From Fimbriosthenelais zetlandica (taxonomy: Eukaryota), in contig OZ365109.1 of the NCBI GenBank assembly GCA_977030845.1, positions 54,498,001-54,562,000 on the forward strand: a DNA stretch of 64,000 nucleotides. Reading direction: 5' to 3'. This document shows, piece after piece, positions 23,761-36,800 of this stretch. Numbering within the stretch: position 1 is the first letter of the stretch; every line of letters begins with the position of its first letter. The notes beneath the pieces were generated by a model. It had not been told where the DNA came from. It did no database searches and saw only the letters and a program-made list of their open reading frames with translations. Both the position numbers and the translations under genes were made by a program.

Positions 23761-26010
23761 TTACTATTTTTACTGGTGGATTAATTTGTGGGTACTATGT
23801 TTGGCGGAGTCTGGAACCGAGACCTGGAAGGAGTGACAGGTTCTGGATGCTGGAAATAAGGTGCTAATATAATTAGAGGCCTTAATATGAATCTGTTACA
23901 AATTAGTTTCTCCCATTCCAAATGAGAATCTCCGGTTATTCTTTGCAAATCTCGAGGGGATGGGATGAACTTTTAATTATATATAGCCTATAATGTTATA
24001 GCATATAGCCAGGTCGGAATATTATTTTCCAATAATTATTTACATAGACGTAAAAGAGGAGGGCTCATTTAATTAATATAGTAATATATATATAGGGATT
24101 AGGCCTAAGCGAATTGATACAGTAACAATTGATACCGCGTTCAATTGTCTGTTAAAAAATCTTTTTTCATTGAAGCAAGTAAATTTGTAGCAAATAATCA
24201 TACAATCGACCCTCATCATCGTTCACTCCCAATGTCGTCATGCCTTATAAATCATCCAGGCACGCCCGGGAGGAACGTGATCATGTGCCCTGATTGAGGC
24301 TGGGAGGTCGCTGGAGGACGGTAGAGGGTGAGAGGCGCAGGGAAATGGGTTGCTAGGAGACACACAGACACTCTGGAGAAAGCTGGTAGAGGGTGGTAGG
24401 TCAGGTGGTGTCTAGGTGGGAGGTGTCTGGTAAGAGGGTATCATGACGTGACATGACGTCAGGGGGCCTCCTCCAGGGTGGGCGGGACGTGCAGGTAACT
24501 GGTGGTAGGCTATAAGGGGCGGTGGGAGTGGTCACTGTATTATGTGTGGAGGGATGGTATCAGCGACTGCCTTATCTCAATATTGGATCCTCCTCCCATG
24601 TCTATCTCATGTTGGTATGTTGTGCCTTGGTATCCAAGGGGTAGAACACACCGTGCAAGCAATGTGAGCCAAGTATATCGGCATACTTTCCCTTTGCCAG
24701 TAGCCTACACGCCACAAGTACGCCTAGTCTTGCCTACAATCATTGACGTTGGCATTTATTCCTTCAACAGTTAGGCCCCACTCTGAACTGAGAAACATAA
24801 TTATGGGTGTACATAACACTTCTGTGTTATATAACTTATATAGGCCTAAGGACCAATTATATGTAGGCTACTCGTGAAAGCATCCAATGACCCGGAGAAT
24901 GATGCACGACACGTGCTTCTATACTATTATAGGTCGTACTGTATGTAAGTAGTAGCCTATAGTGCTTAGAAATATGAACCAGGCACTGGAAGTGCAACGT
25001 CAAGCGTCTGAGTCTCGACAGCTGTCGGCTATTCATTTATGATATTTTCAATGCATCAAAATACTAGTTAAGCCCTCTAAAAAGCAATCAGGATGACGAG
25101 ATATATGTGCAGTTAATGCACCAACGTTTCAAACTTATAGGCATTTCCCTTTTAAAACTATTCTGACTTTTATTTGAAGTCGAGGGCTGAAGAACCCTCA
25201 AATCGAAAAATTTAGCTCCTCGCCTTAATTGCTTAAAGTGCCAGGGCTTGAGATACTGTCTGAGATACCTCTCACCCTGAGAGGTAGCATATGTGAACCC
25301 CTAGGAGCCCAGGTAAGTAATAACCCTGTCCCTCCGGACCATGTGAATGGTCTAATGGTGGGTAAGGGAATGTATGTCCCAAAATCCTCTGGAGAAACCA
25401 CCCATAGAATTCATGCCGTTTGAAACCAAGGTGTCACCGACATCATGCATAAGAAGTTATCGTTAGCTATTGAACTTTAAGAGTAAAAAAAGATGTTGTC
25501 TTCGAAAGTAGGGTTTAGCCTTAATTTTCTTATACTATTTTGAAGTATCGAATTTATGGAAATATAACGTTTTGCTAGATAATTCAATGTTATAATAAGA
25601 ACTTTCTAAACGTCTTCTGTACGTTAGCTAATCACAATCCTGCTTTAGAGGAGGGGTTACGACACTACACAGTCAAGATATCACCAAGTACTGATTTAAA
25701 GGAGAGATGAGTTAAAACTTTCATGGGGACAAATTATGTTTTAATGGCAATAACTAACTTTACTTTTCATACAGGATTGTAGAGACATGTATTGCACAAT
25801 CGAGGCGAAGGAAATGCATTGCACCTTCGGCCAATACCATGTGCTGCCACCTACTGTTTACTCTGTCAAACAGTAGCTGGTTCCACTGATTGACTGTGGA
25901 AATGACTTATAATAGAAAACAACCCACAGTCTCTGACTATATGCCTACTCTATGCGAGCCATTGTCATTCGCTGCCATATTTTATTAAATGTGAGTCTAA
26001 GAATAGAAAT

Positions 26011-28535
26011 TTACAGATGAACTTTAGCTGCAGCCCTTCTAAGAATATCTCTCGAGCTCATCCTTTTGAAGACCTTGGGTTCGAGATGCCTCCCTCGAGC
26101 CAAGTCCAGCTCGGAGGGTTTCTTGGACAGGAAAACAGCATCAAAAACAGTGTTTTCAATGATTTTGTTGTCTATGAAGCCTACATTTTTTATCATTTTT
26201 GGGAGTTTGGTTCTATCCTGGAATTCTTCGGTGAAGGGTTCTGGGCCTTTAGGACCATCTGAGTCCCATTCATATCCCCAGGTCTGAGACGCAACAAGCA
26301 TGGCGCGGAGAATGGGGTCATTCAGGTACGGAACTGGAAATGAGTAAAAATTGATAGCTTCATGGAATTCTTATATTATCGCCTTTATAGAATAGTCATA
26401 GACGGATCCATATCTCAATTTGTGGACATAGGACCTATGCCTAAATCTTGGGCCACAATGCTGGACACCCCATCCCCTTCCACGTTTCACAGAACTTACC
26501 CGCCCATATAAAAATTATATGAATTCATACCTTCAAAACCGCTCATGAAACCTCCTGGTTTGAGAAGGCGCATGATTTCATCGAGCACCATTTCCGCCTG
26601 CTCCTTTGGCATCTCGTGAAGGACATAGGTGTATTGGACAAGGTCAAAAGTCCCTGCTTCAAAAGACGTGTTCTCTCCATTGTCTTGGTAGAACTTAACA
26701 TTCTTCAGACCGCGGGCTTCTTTCCACAAATTGCAGAAACTAGAATAGATTTTAATTCAAAATAATTAGAAATAGTCGTAGACATAATACCCGTAGGTTA
26801 TGAGGTTCTTGGCTGAATTAAATATTCCTAAGCTAATCCTATTTTAAATCAATATAAAAGTATTAGGTCTGATTGATAGGCTATACTAGCTTTGCTATAC
26901 TAGCTTGATAAAAAACAACGTTATTTTCTGGTTTTCTAGTAAATATTGTTTTCGATATCATACCGGATGTATGGTGCTGCAAGGTCAATGCCAATGACCT
27001 CAGCGTCCGGGAAAAGCTCTGCATAAACGAGGGCTGAGAAGCAGTTTCCGGTTCCAATATCCAAAATGCGTTTAAATTTCTGGTCACCATGGATGCGTTT
27101 TATCCAATCCTGGAAGGTAAACAAAATATCTCCGAGTCATTTATATTCTATTTATGAATAATTAAACTTCATGATTGAAAATGCAAATTTAAGATGCCTT
27201 TAGCTCACCCTGAGAATATCTTCTTTAAGGAAGTTGAATTTGGTATAGCCACAATATGAGACTCGGACTGTCTGACCGTTGAGGTAACCACCAGGAAGAA
27301 AGTGAACGTACGCCCTGGTATAGTGGTAGGGGATCTTTAATGGGGTCTGGTTGTTGGGTGGGCGTACATCAAGATCGTTCTCCTCCCCTTCAAACTTTGG
27401 GGTCAACTTAGTGTAGTTGGTGAAAAACTCGACGTAGTTATCGATATCTGAGAAACCCTCTTTGAAAGCCTGCATAAAATGTTAGTTTTTTTTAGTATAG
27501 AAATCAGACGAGATCGAATACTATAATACAAAATGTTGAAATCCATTTGAAATGTTGATTTGATATAAAAATGTGCTTACCCTGAGATAAACATATTTCT
27601 CAAATGGAACCTCTGGGTGGAGAACATCGGCTTCGCTGTCTATAACGGGAGGTTCAGGAGCGAATTCAGGAACTCTGGCCACCATGATCATATGCATAAA
27701 TGAGTCAAGGTCTTTGAACCACTCAATGCCCTGTTCAGAAATAAAATAATTATGATAGTTAAAAACATAAGTTAATGACAGAAAAAAGCAAATGGGGTGG
27801 GGTGCAACCTCAACGATCCCCGCTGACCCTGGAAAGGAATGAGAAAGGGCTAGAGATGAAGGGGTGGGTGGGAGACATTAATTACCTGACCATTCCAATT
27901 AATACCAAGAAAATCCTCCCAGAGGCTGGTGTCTCTAGCCTTGTCATTCTTCATGATGTCCTGCACCATTTTGTCCAGGGAGTCCACATTGACTGCTGAG
28001 CCTTCTGGCAGGGTCCATGTCCAGTCATCTAACTTTACCTCCTCCTGAAGGCGTTCATTCAGCTGGCTAAATTCATCATAGTGACGGTGAATGGAACCAG
28101 ATGCTGAATTATTGTCTTCCTTCTCAACCTATAACATTGATTCAAAAGTAATAATTTTGATTAAACTGGAAATTCATTAACAAATGTATAATGTCGTAAA
28201 TTTATATTTATGTCCACTGTCTGCCGCCTGCTAGTGGCAGTTTTCACGACCTATGCCGTGAACAATAAATTATGAGGATTTTCCATTTGACTTTTGTCTT
28301 GAAGTCAGATTTGCGATGTTTCTGGAAAATCAGAAGACAAATAAAATTTTCTCTAAATTCAAATAATTACAGTGAAGTCAATGAAGTAGACAGGTATCCC
28401 TCTGTAGTCAGCTTCCTTCAGTGACTGTACTTTGGCTGAGGTTGGTTTTCCCTCAATGTAATCAGGGAAATACGAAGAATGAACAAGACAGGCAAAGCCT
28501 AGAAGTAACAACGATATAATCTTAACGGTATTCAT
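26011..28535 (-). CDS. Signal-peptide-bearing PX-like domain + class I SAM-dependent methyltransferase (~498 aa)
   Basis: Exons 28535-28371, 28128-27886, 27730-27581, 27469-27209, 27109-26964, 26739-26531 and 26333-26011 join in phase (1497 nt). SAM motif I is RILDIGTGNC, followed by EVIGIDLA, FDLV..TYVLHEMP and LLKPGG. The N-terminus is MNTVKIISLLLLGFACLVHS, with an in-frame upstream stop. Confidence 0.85.
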
Positions 28536-28576
28536 TGTAGCCCCATGTATGACAGCGCAAAATTGATGGACAGTAC

Positions 28577-28584
28577 TTTATATA
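28577..28584 (-). promoter_or_regulatory. TATA box of the methyltransferase gene
   Basis: TATATAAA on the minus strand, ~42 nt upstream of the ATG at 28535. Confidence 0.55.
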
Positions 28585-29334
28585 AGCTTGAGCTTAATAC
28601 TGTCATGGGAGGGGGATGAAATAGCCTAGATGGGATGGGGGTGGTCTCTGGAAACGTTGTATAACAAGACAGATTTGGGGACAAAAATGGCGTTGAATGG
28701 GTACATTTCATCAGGACTTTTCAGTCATAAAGCTCTTTACTTCAGGCACTACAAACGATGCATAAATTAAGGATATTTCTAAGTGAATTTCAGGTTATTT
28801 ATTATATTGCTACACTTTTGCAACTTAGAAATAGTTAAATATTTAAGATTTAGACCCAATTTCAGGTTTCAACTTCCTCTTATCATTTTCTTATCATATC
28901 ACGTGGAATGGAATCTATGCTAGTTATGAAACCTCCTTTTCATCGTCCGTACCCAAGATAACCGAATTACTTTACATTAATTAATCAACGGCCCTATCTT
29001 AGGTTTGACACCCAGTTTATGACTTCACTGAATAAAAAAAAAATTATGTAAAGTTTGAAAATTATTTTATTCATCATCACCACAAGTATATTTGATAAAG
29101 TAATGATCTACATTTATTTCTTACGAATATATTAGCTTGATAGATAAACGAATCAAATAATTTTCGGTAAATATCTTAGTCAATAATTCTGTAAATCGCC
29201 TTCTTGGGATTTCAATTCATTATCTATTTAATGAGCACCTATATTAATGGCACCGATTGTTGCTTTATCTCACTTACTGTTAAATGGATCAGGCAGGCAG
29301 CAGTGATTAATTAGTACAAATTTTCTACAAATGT

Positions 29335-32300
29335 CTATTGTAGGAGGTCGGTATAGAGTGTGGTGGCGTTGTGGGTTGTATAAGATGCTTGAAGGTCTAG
29401 TTGATTCTGGGTCGGTATCACTCCATCTGTTACCACGTGGAAGGGTATGAACGCTATCTTCCCATTTGACCAAACCTGAAAGACAAAATCAACACCGTAA
29501 AATTACAATTAAATTACATCGAAAACTTTGAATTATCACGAAATCCGGTCATTTAAAAATGGCATTTAAGACAGTATAAGTGTATATGAATTATTATTAC
29601 AGTACTTGTTGGTATAAATTCCTATATTCGGAGATATAGCCTAGGGTAAAATCAGATTTATTCTTCTTTAATATAACATCTTGAGTGAAATAAGACTTAC
29701 CACAGTGAGCTGGGCGCCATGTTTATAGTTTGGTTGGAAGGCGATCAGAAAAGGCACTGTGTCAGGTTCACCTTGAACAAAGCCACTGAAATAAAGGGAA
29801 GTAGACAGTCTGAATATACGATCAAACATTGACATTTATATTTCCACAGTGTTTATATCTATAACAACTAGGCCTATAACCCTGGGTGTATATCCTGACC
29901 CATAGAAGAGCCTATTGCTGCAGTAGATAATATATGTTAAAACATTACTCAAATTACTCAGAATTCGCCATCAGAATTTAACATCTATTTATTTTTAGTT
30001 AAAACGTTTATACAGATTACTGAAATGTAATCCAAACCAGTTACTCACCAAGGAATGATTTCTAGCGAGGGGTTGAGCTGGGTCTGGAAGATGGCTATTT
30101 GAGGAGTGTTTGTGAACTGTACAGCTAGTCGGGTACCAGTAGCGTCCCATTCCATGGCCTGTACATTACCACCCACCTTCACAGTCCGCTCACAGTCCTC
30201 TAACTCTACAGCTGACACGTCTATACTAGTAACTGCTACCTTAGATCCACCTGTAATTAAAGGCTAAACTCAAGGCATTGGCACAATGATTTCTTTAAGT
30301 TAAAGCATTCTAAATCAAAGATACTTTATTTTCGAAATATGAAAAGTCTAAATATTTAAAGGTTAGTTCGAATGCATAATTTAAAAAGATTTGTTTCTCA
30401 CTGAAATTTGGCTCACTTTTAAATTCTGACTAAAATACAGATTGATGAACTAAAATTACAAACCGATTGATGGCTCGGTCTCACTGAATGTCTTCGCGAA
30501 TGATAGAGAGTAGATGGTGGGTTCCTCGGCCTGGGAAAAAAGAAGAACGCTACCATCTGGTGACCAGCACGCACACTGAAAATAAAAAAAAATAAACTCA
30601 TCATGCTGCTAATAAGAGCAGGGATGTAACTCAGGAAATCAAGAAAGCTTCAAGAACCATGTTTCACTGACATTAATTAAATGAAAGAATTATTTATTTG
30701 GTGTGGAATTTCCATCGTTTTCTCCTTGTTGTTTGGACCATCTTCTCTAATAGAGGCAATTCTGTGATATATCATATCTGTAATTGCCTCTGAGACTAAA
30801 ATAAAATCTCCCATAAGAAGTTTCAAAATGCAAGTATATTTTCCTCATTTCCAAGGTTAAAATCCGTTAATTGAATCAAAGATATTGTATCCTTGCATAA
30901 GACAAGAATCTGTTTGAGAAAATGGAAATTGCATTCACGAATATGAGAAAATGAAGGAACTTGAACACAAACCTGACATCTAGTGAGTAAATGGGTCCAC
31001 TTCTCACAGGTCCAATTACGAGACTCCCAAACCCTGAACACTCTGGAGGGACACGTGGCCAATAATTTACTCCCGTCTAGAGTCCACTTCAATGACGTCA
31101 CTCCCCCTCCGCCAACACGACGTACCGGTACACAAGTTTCTGTGGCTACATTCCACACCTGAATAAGAGAAATTCTGAGTTGTAAACCTAAACATGTGAT
31201 CTGGCTTCAATACGTGGGGATATGCTTCTATCCATTATCCGGCGACCTTCCACATGAGAATGAGGGAGAGGGGAAGGTTGGTTAGTTAGATAGTTAGTTA
31301 GTCTTATTTTAATAGTTATTTTACACCCTGTCTCCACGCGTCCCTGTCCAGCGGGTCGATGCTGATCAGGTCGCATAGCATAGATATAACAAATCAAATA
31401 CATGTACTGTACTCGCCATCATGGCTGTATCTGCAGGAGAGGCTGAGATGAGTATGCCACCCTGTGGGCTCCAGGCCAGGCTTGTGATGGGAGCATGACT
31501 ACATTTACTTAAGATCTGTACCGAACTCGTAGACGGTCTGTAATAACATGAATTAGTCATTTTAAAAATTTAAAGAAGATTATTCAGTGGAACGTACTCT
31601 ATTGCTCAATTAATGTTCTGATAAATTTATATTTGTAATTAAACAAAATGCCGGATTTCTAGCAAAATTCAATTGAAGAAAAAAAGGAGATTTACCTGGT
31701 GGCCAGGGAGTTGGGATCCACGTGCCATACTAAGATACAGGACTGGCAGGCTACAGCCAACACTGAGGCAGAGAATGGTCTAGATAAAATCAAAATTAAA
31801 TTTTATGAAATCAATGCTCACAAAACTGCCAGTAAATGCCAGTATGGTCACATTTTTTTTTAGTTAGAATTTTCATAAAGCCTGCTGGGTGAATACCAGC
31901 TCACACTCTTGATTACTCAAGTTTACGTATGATTTTCAGCTGGAGGTTCTTTCTAAGTGCATTAATACATTGCCTTCAGCTCGGGGGATTGAACCGCCGA
32001 CCCTTCGATCATTGGTGAACCACCCTGTGTGAGCTGGCGTTCTAACCAACTGAGCTAACTCCCCTCCATGGATTTTTGAATGAATTCATTAATGTAGTTG
32101 AAACAAATAATTTCCTTTACCTCCAGGCGAGGTCAGCCACTGACTTTTGTAGTTTATGTTTGAGGATGGGAATTATGTCTGTCTTGCCTTCTGTGTGTAC
32201 ACGGATAGAATCATCTTTGAGAGCTACAGCGTACTTGGTGGTGTGTGGGTGCCAGGCAAAGCAGCGAATAACACTCTCATTCCTAAAATATGATAAAAGG

Positions 32301-33457
32301 GAAATAGAATATGTCAAAAATAAATTGAAGTCGATGCAGTGGTAGGCCTACAGGTCAATGAATTAACAAAGTGTAATTTGAACGACAATACTTACCAATT
32401 AGGATTAGGAGAAAATTCTGCTATAAGCTGTTCAGCTGACATCTAAAAATAATAATCAACTCGATAATTATCTCGCTTGGCAAGAATAATCTGCTATACA
32501 TTCTCGAATCCAGATCATCTGTGCTAAATAAATTCCCTAAAATAAAGACTCACTTTAAGGTGTGGGAAGAGCGAGCCATGGAGTGTATTTCCCCATCTAA
32601 CCGCACCTAGCATTTGTCTTGCAGCGGTTGATATCCATGCATTACCTGGAGAAAATAGGGAATATTTAAAATATTTGACAAATTATGTGTTAGTTCAATG
32701 GACGGCGCCTAAAACGGTAGCCTACTAGGCCAACTGGGAAAAATAGGAATAGAAATTAATAACTTACCACCATCTTTATCTGACTCAGCCACAGCGATCT
32801 CATGTAGAGCACCTGTCAATCCATGTTCGTACCTGAAGAAAAAAATTAAGAAAACTGTTCACCTTTATTTGAGAACGTGTTATCGCCCTTTCAATATTTT
32901 TAATGCCTATGGTCTGAATAAAGATTTAGACCTGTAGGCCTAGAGATTAGCAAGCCAAATCTGAAATCAAGTAGAATGATTAAATACAGTTAATACATAC
33001 CATGCTCTTTGAACTTTTTGTCGAAGGGTATCTTCATGTTCAAGAAAAGCAGATCTGGCACTCTCTTTTGGATACGAAGGTCTGGTATCAAGTATCTATG
33101 AAAATAGATTGTATTAACTACCGTAGTACGGTACGGGTATTCACAAATTAATTGTCAATATTTTAGAAATATTTAGTCTATACATGCAACTGACACTGCC
33201 ACTGTACAGTGACAGTACAGTGAAACACTCACATTCACAGGGACACCCCTTTCAGTGTCAGTGAGTGAGTGGCAGTGCGGCTGAGTGAGTGTCGTGGGCA
33301 GGATTCAAATTTTGTGGCGGGCTAGGGCTAAATTTACCTTCATATAAGTGTCCAGTGTTCTTGGCCCTGTTCGGGATGCTATCAGCTCACCATTCTGTTC
33401 ACAAACAGTGATGAAACCATCTTCAGGAGGTGGTTGAAATGTCCCTAACGAGCACAT
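29335..33457 (-). CDS. AAAS: Aladin, WD-repeat nucleoporin
   Basis: About 13 exons. The start [25 protein letters not shown] matches the Aladin N-terminus (MCSLGLFPPPP). Conserved blocks: [76 protein letters not shown] and [12 protein letters not shown]. Stop codon at 29337-29335. Confidence 0.95.
31971..32064 (-). pseudogene. tRNA-derived sequence (pseudo-tRNA or SINE head) in an AAAS intron
   Basis: GGGGAGTTAGCTCAGTTGGTTAGAACG...GGTCGGCGGTTCAATCCCCCGA has A-box, B-box and D/T arms. It has no pairing acceptor stem and carries an ~19-nt insert in the anticodon arm. Confidence 0.65.
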
Positions 33458-33811
33458 ATCTGAAAAAAATATCCTTCAAACTAGATATCGGAGTGTCCTG
33501 TCAGCCATACAACAGCCCCGCAGCAAATGACTGAGACAGTGACCTAGTTTCCAAAATAATCTCAAACCGATAGTGATTGACTTTCATATCAGAACTTTAA
33601 ACATCTCAGTTATCAGTAACAGTTACATACTAGAAAGTTACACGTAATAAGAATATAATTCTTATGGGGTTGTGGTTCTGTTTCGATCTATTTATAAACA
33701 AAACTGAGACCGCTAATTTGCTTTGAGGTTAGGTTACATTCCTGCGTATCTACCGACGCCAACCTGCAAAACACGACGTCAGAAAACTCAATTTAGGGAA
33801 TAAAATCAAGG
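33458..33811. promoter_or_regulatory. Shared bidirectional promoter region of AAAS and BBS4
   Basis: The two start codons (33457 on -, 33812 on +) diverge with only 354 bp between them. Confidence 0.75.
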
Positions 33812-36800
33812 ATGGACGGAGCGGATGAGGTAATGACACCATAACTAATACTTTCCTTGTCATATACTTTGTTGTTGTCTACTATTTTTAAGTTGTGTTA
33901 GTTGTAGCCCAGTCTTTATACCTGCTGAGACTGGACCTGGGGCTGGGCCCCGACCTGGGCCTGGCCGGCCCGGCCTGTGGCCTGGCAGGCTCCCGGCCCT
34001 GTCTCAGGGTCAGGCGCGGTACATAGTGCGAGAGGTCCCGGGTTCAATTCCTCAAGCAGTCCTCAGTTCTCTACCCAAAGCTGCTAAATTGGTTTTATAT
34101 ATGGATAATATGCTGTAACAATACAGGCCACCTTTAACAGAGAAATACGGTACAGGCTACTTTGAAATGCCAAGGCAAAGGCAAATCATAGATAATATGG
34201 GCAAATGAACCCTTGGCGACCCCAAATATTCAACCTGTGTGAATAAATTAAACATATAACTATGCCTAGTCATTGACATTAATTATTGCTCCCAGGTCTC
34301 TAGACTAGTCTAGTGTACGGGTAAACATATAGTAATATTAATAAAGTTATACTGATATTAGTTGTTTTTGCATAATTTTTCATGATCTCTTTGCCTTTGG
34401 ACTTTGCAGACGAAACAGGTCCCAGAAGATCTGCAAGAGAAAGATCAGCTGGCAGAGAATCTCAATCATGCCCCTCCTGCCATTCCATCAGCTCCAAAAC
34501 CAAAGCCCAAGAAAGGCCAGTTTTTGTTTTGTATTACACATGTAGTACTATTACTTTCTATTTAATTATTCTTCCTTCATAAAAAAAATTAAGTATTTAC
34601 CCATAACTTACAACAGGTATTTTTTGCTGAAATTAATTAGGCTATAGGTAAAGTCAAATTTCTAGATTTTCTCTATGCAAACAATTATTATTAATTTTTA
34701 GATTGAATTTATTTGGTATGGTAGACCTAAATGTAGGCATATGTATTTTTTTTAACGATTCTCTATTCATTTCAGTTTAAAGAATTCCAGTTCGTATGAA
34801 TTATTTTGCAGCTCCTGAATTACCAGTGTTTGAGCGGAGAAACTGGATGATCCATTTACATTACATACGAAAGGAATTCGACACATGCAAAGTACTAATT
34901 CAGGAACAGCTGGCCGAAACTAATGGCTTGTGCGAGTATGCCGTTTATGTTCAAGGTGGGTATAAATTAATATTATTATTTGAACTTAAGAATTACAAAC
35001 AATGGATATATACAGTACTGTATTTACGAAATAACTTAGAACTTTACTTCTGACTTCAGCCTTGATATTCAGACAAGAAGGTCGCATACAGGAGTCACTA
35101 GAACTTTTCCAGACGTGCACACTTCTAAATCCGCAAAGTGCAGAGAACTTAAAGCAGGTGGCCAGATCTCTGTAAGTATAGGCCCTAGAATAAGAAAGAA
35201 TAGTTGGTTCATCTTCTAAGGTTCAAATAACGTAAGAATTTGTTTAATAATAAGTAATTTTGGAATCTGTCATCACCCCAGATCCAGTTCATTGTTTACT
35301 GAAGTTTAAACTTCTATTTCAGATTTTTACTAGCCAGGCATAAAGCGGCAATTGACGTTTACAATGAAGCAGCAAAAATGACAGAGAGAGACTGGGTAAG
35401 CTCAAAGAAACACGAACAAAATATATTTGTTATTATGTGTATAATAATTAATATTTACATAATATAATTATGCTTGTCTTATTTCATGGTTGTAGATGAA
35501 GGTTTTTTCTTCATTTTCAGGAAATTTCACACAATCAAGGCGTTTGTTATATGTATTTAAAAGATTACGACAAGGCAAAAGAATCGCTGAAGCAGGCCAT
35601 AGGATTCAATAGAAATGACATTTCTTATGTTATGCTTGGGAAAATCTATCTTGTGGAGGGTGATGTCCATATGGCCATCGACATTTACAAAAGAGCTATC
35701 GAGTAAGTAAAATCACTGGGCCCTCCTTCTTATTTACCTGGCAATATTCTTTTCCGTAAAATTTTGAATGCAAGTATTATGCCTATCCAGTGCTTAACGC
35801 GAACCTCAAGATTCTGTATTCGGATGTGTATTCTACATCGCTACCAGTAGATGAATTTTTTTCCCAAACAGATTTTCACCTGAAAATGCAGAATTACTGA
35901 CTACATTGGGCCTTCTATATATGCAGGTATGTCCTGGGAAATCAATGTGAATTGGTTCTTAATCTTTATATTTCAAAAAGAAATCCGAGAACATCTGAGA
36001 ATCTACATCATGTATTTTAACCTAGACATACATGTAGATTGTTAAATGCAACTTCATCCACACTAGTATTCCAAATGTTAATTTTTTTCTAGGTTGGACA
36101 GTATCAGAAAGGTTTTGAGCACCTGGGTAATGCCCTTACCTATGAACCTACCAACGTCCGTGCGATCCTGGCGGCCGGCAGTATGATGCAGGCTCATGGT
36201 GATTTTGATGTTGCCCTGACCAAGTATAGAGTGGCCGCTGTAGAAACGCCCGAGTCCGCTCCATTATGGAATAACATAGCCATGTGCTTCTTTGGTAGAA
36301 CGAAATTTGTTGCTGTGAGTATTTAAGTGACAATATAATTTAAGATATAGTAAGATAGGCCTACTAAATGGAATTTTAGAATTTGAATTCTTGGTTCGTT
36401 AATATCGCCTAGTTACTTTATTTCGCCAGATTTTATCATAATTTACCAATAAGGCAAAATTGTGTATATAATAAATTTAACTAGAAATGTTCCTTACAAA
36501 GTTCTCTACTTCAATCAATCAATAAATGGCATTAGAACTTCCCGTCTTCCATGCAACCTCTTCCATTACATCCAAGTTACTAAAATCTGTCTTCTTCACC
36601 TTTACCAGGCTATAAGTTGCTTAAAGAGGGCTGTCTACCTGGCACCATTTGACTGGAAGATCTTGTACAACCTTGGTCTGGTACACTTAACTATGCACCA
36701 GTACGCTTCAGCCTTCCATTTCCTATCAGCAGCCATTAATCTCCGACCCAAAATGGGACAGCTATTTATGCTCTTAGCTGGTGAGGACTTATTAACGACT

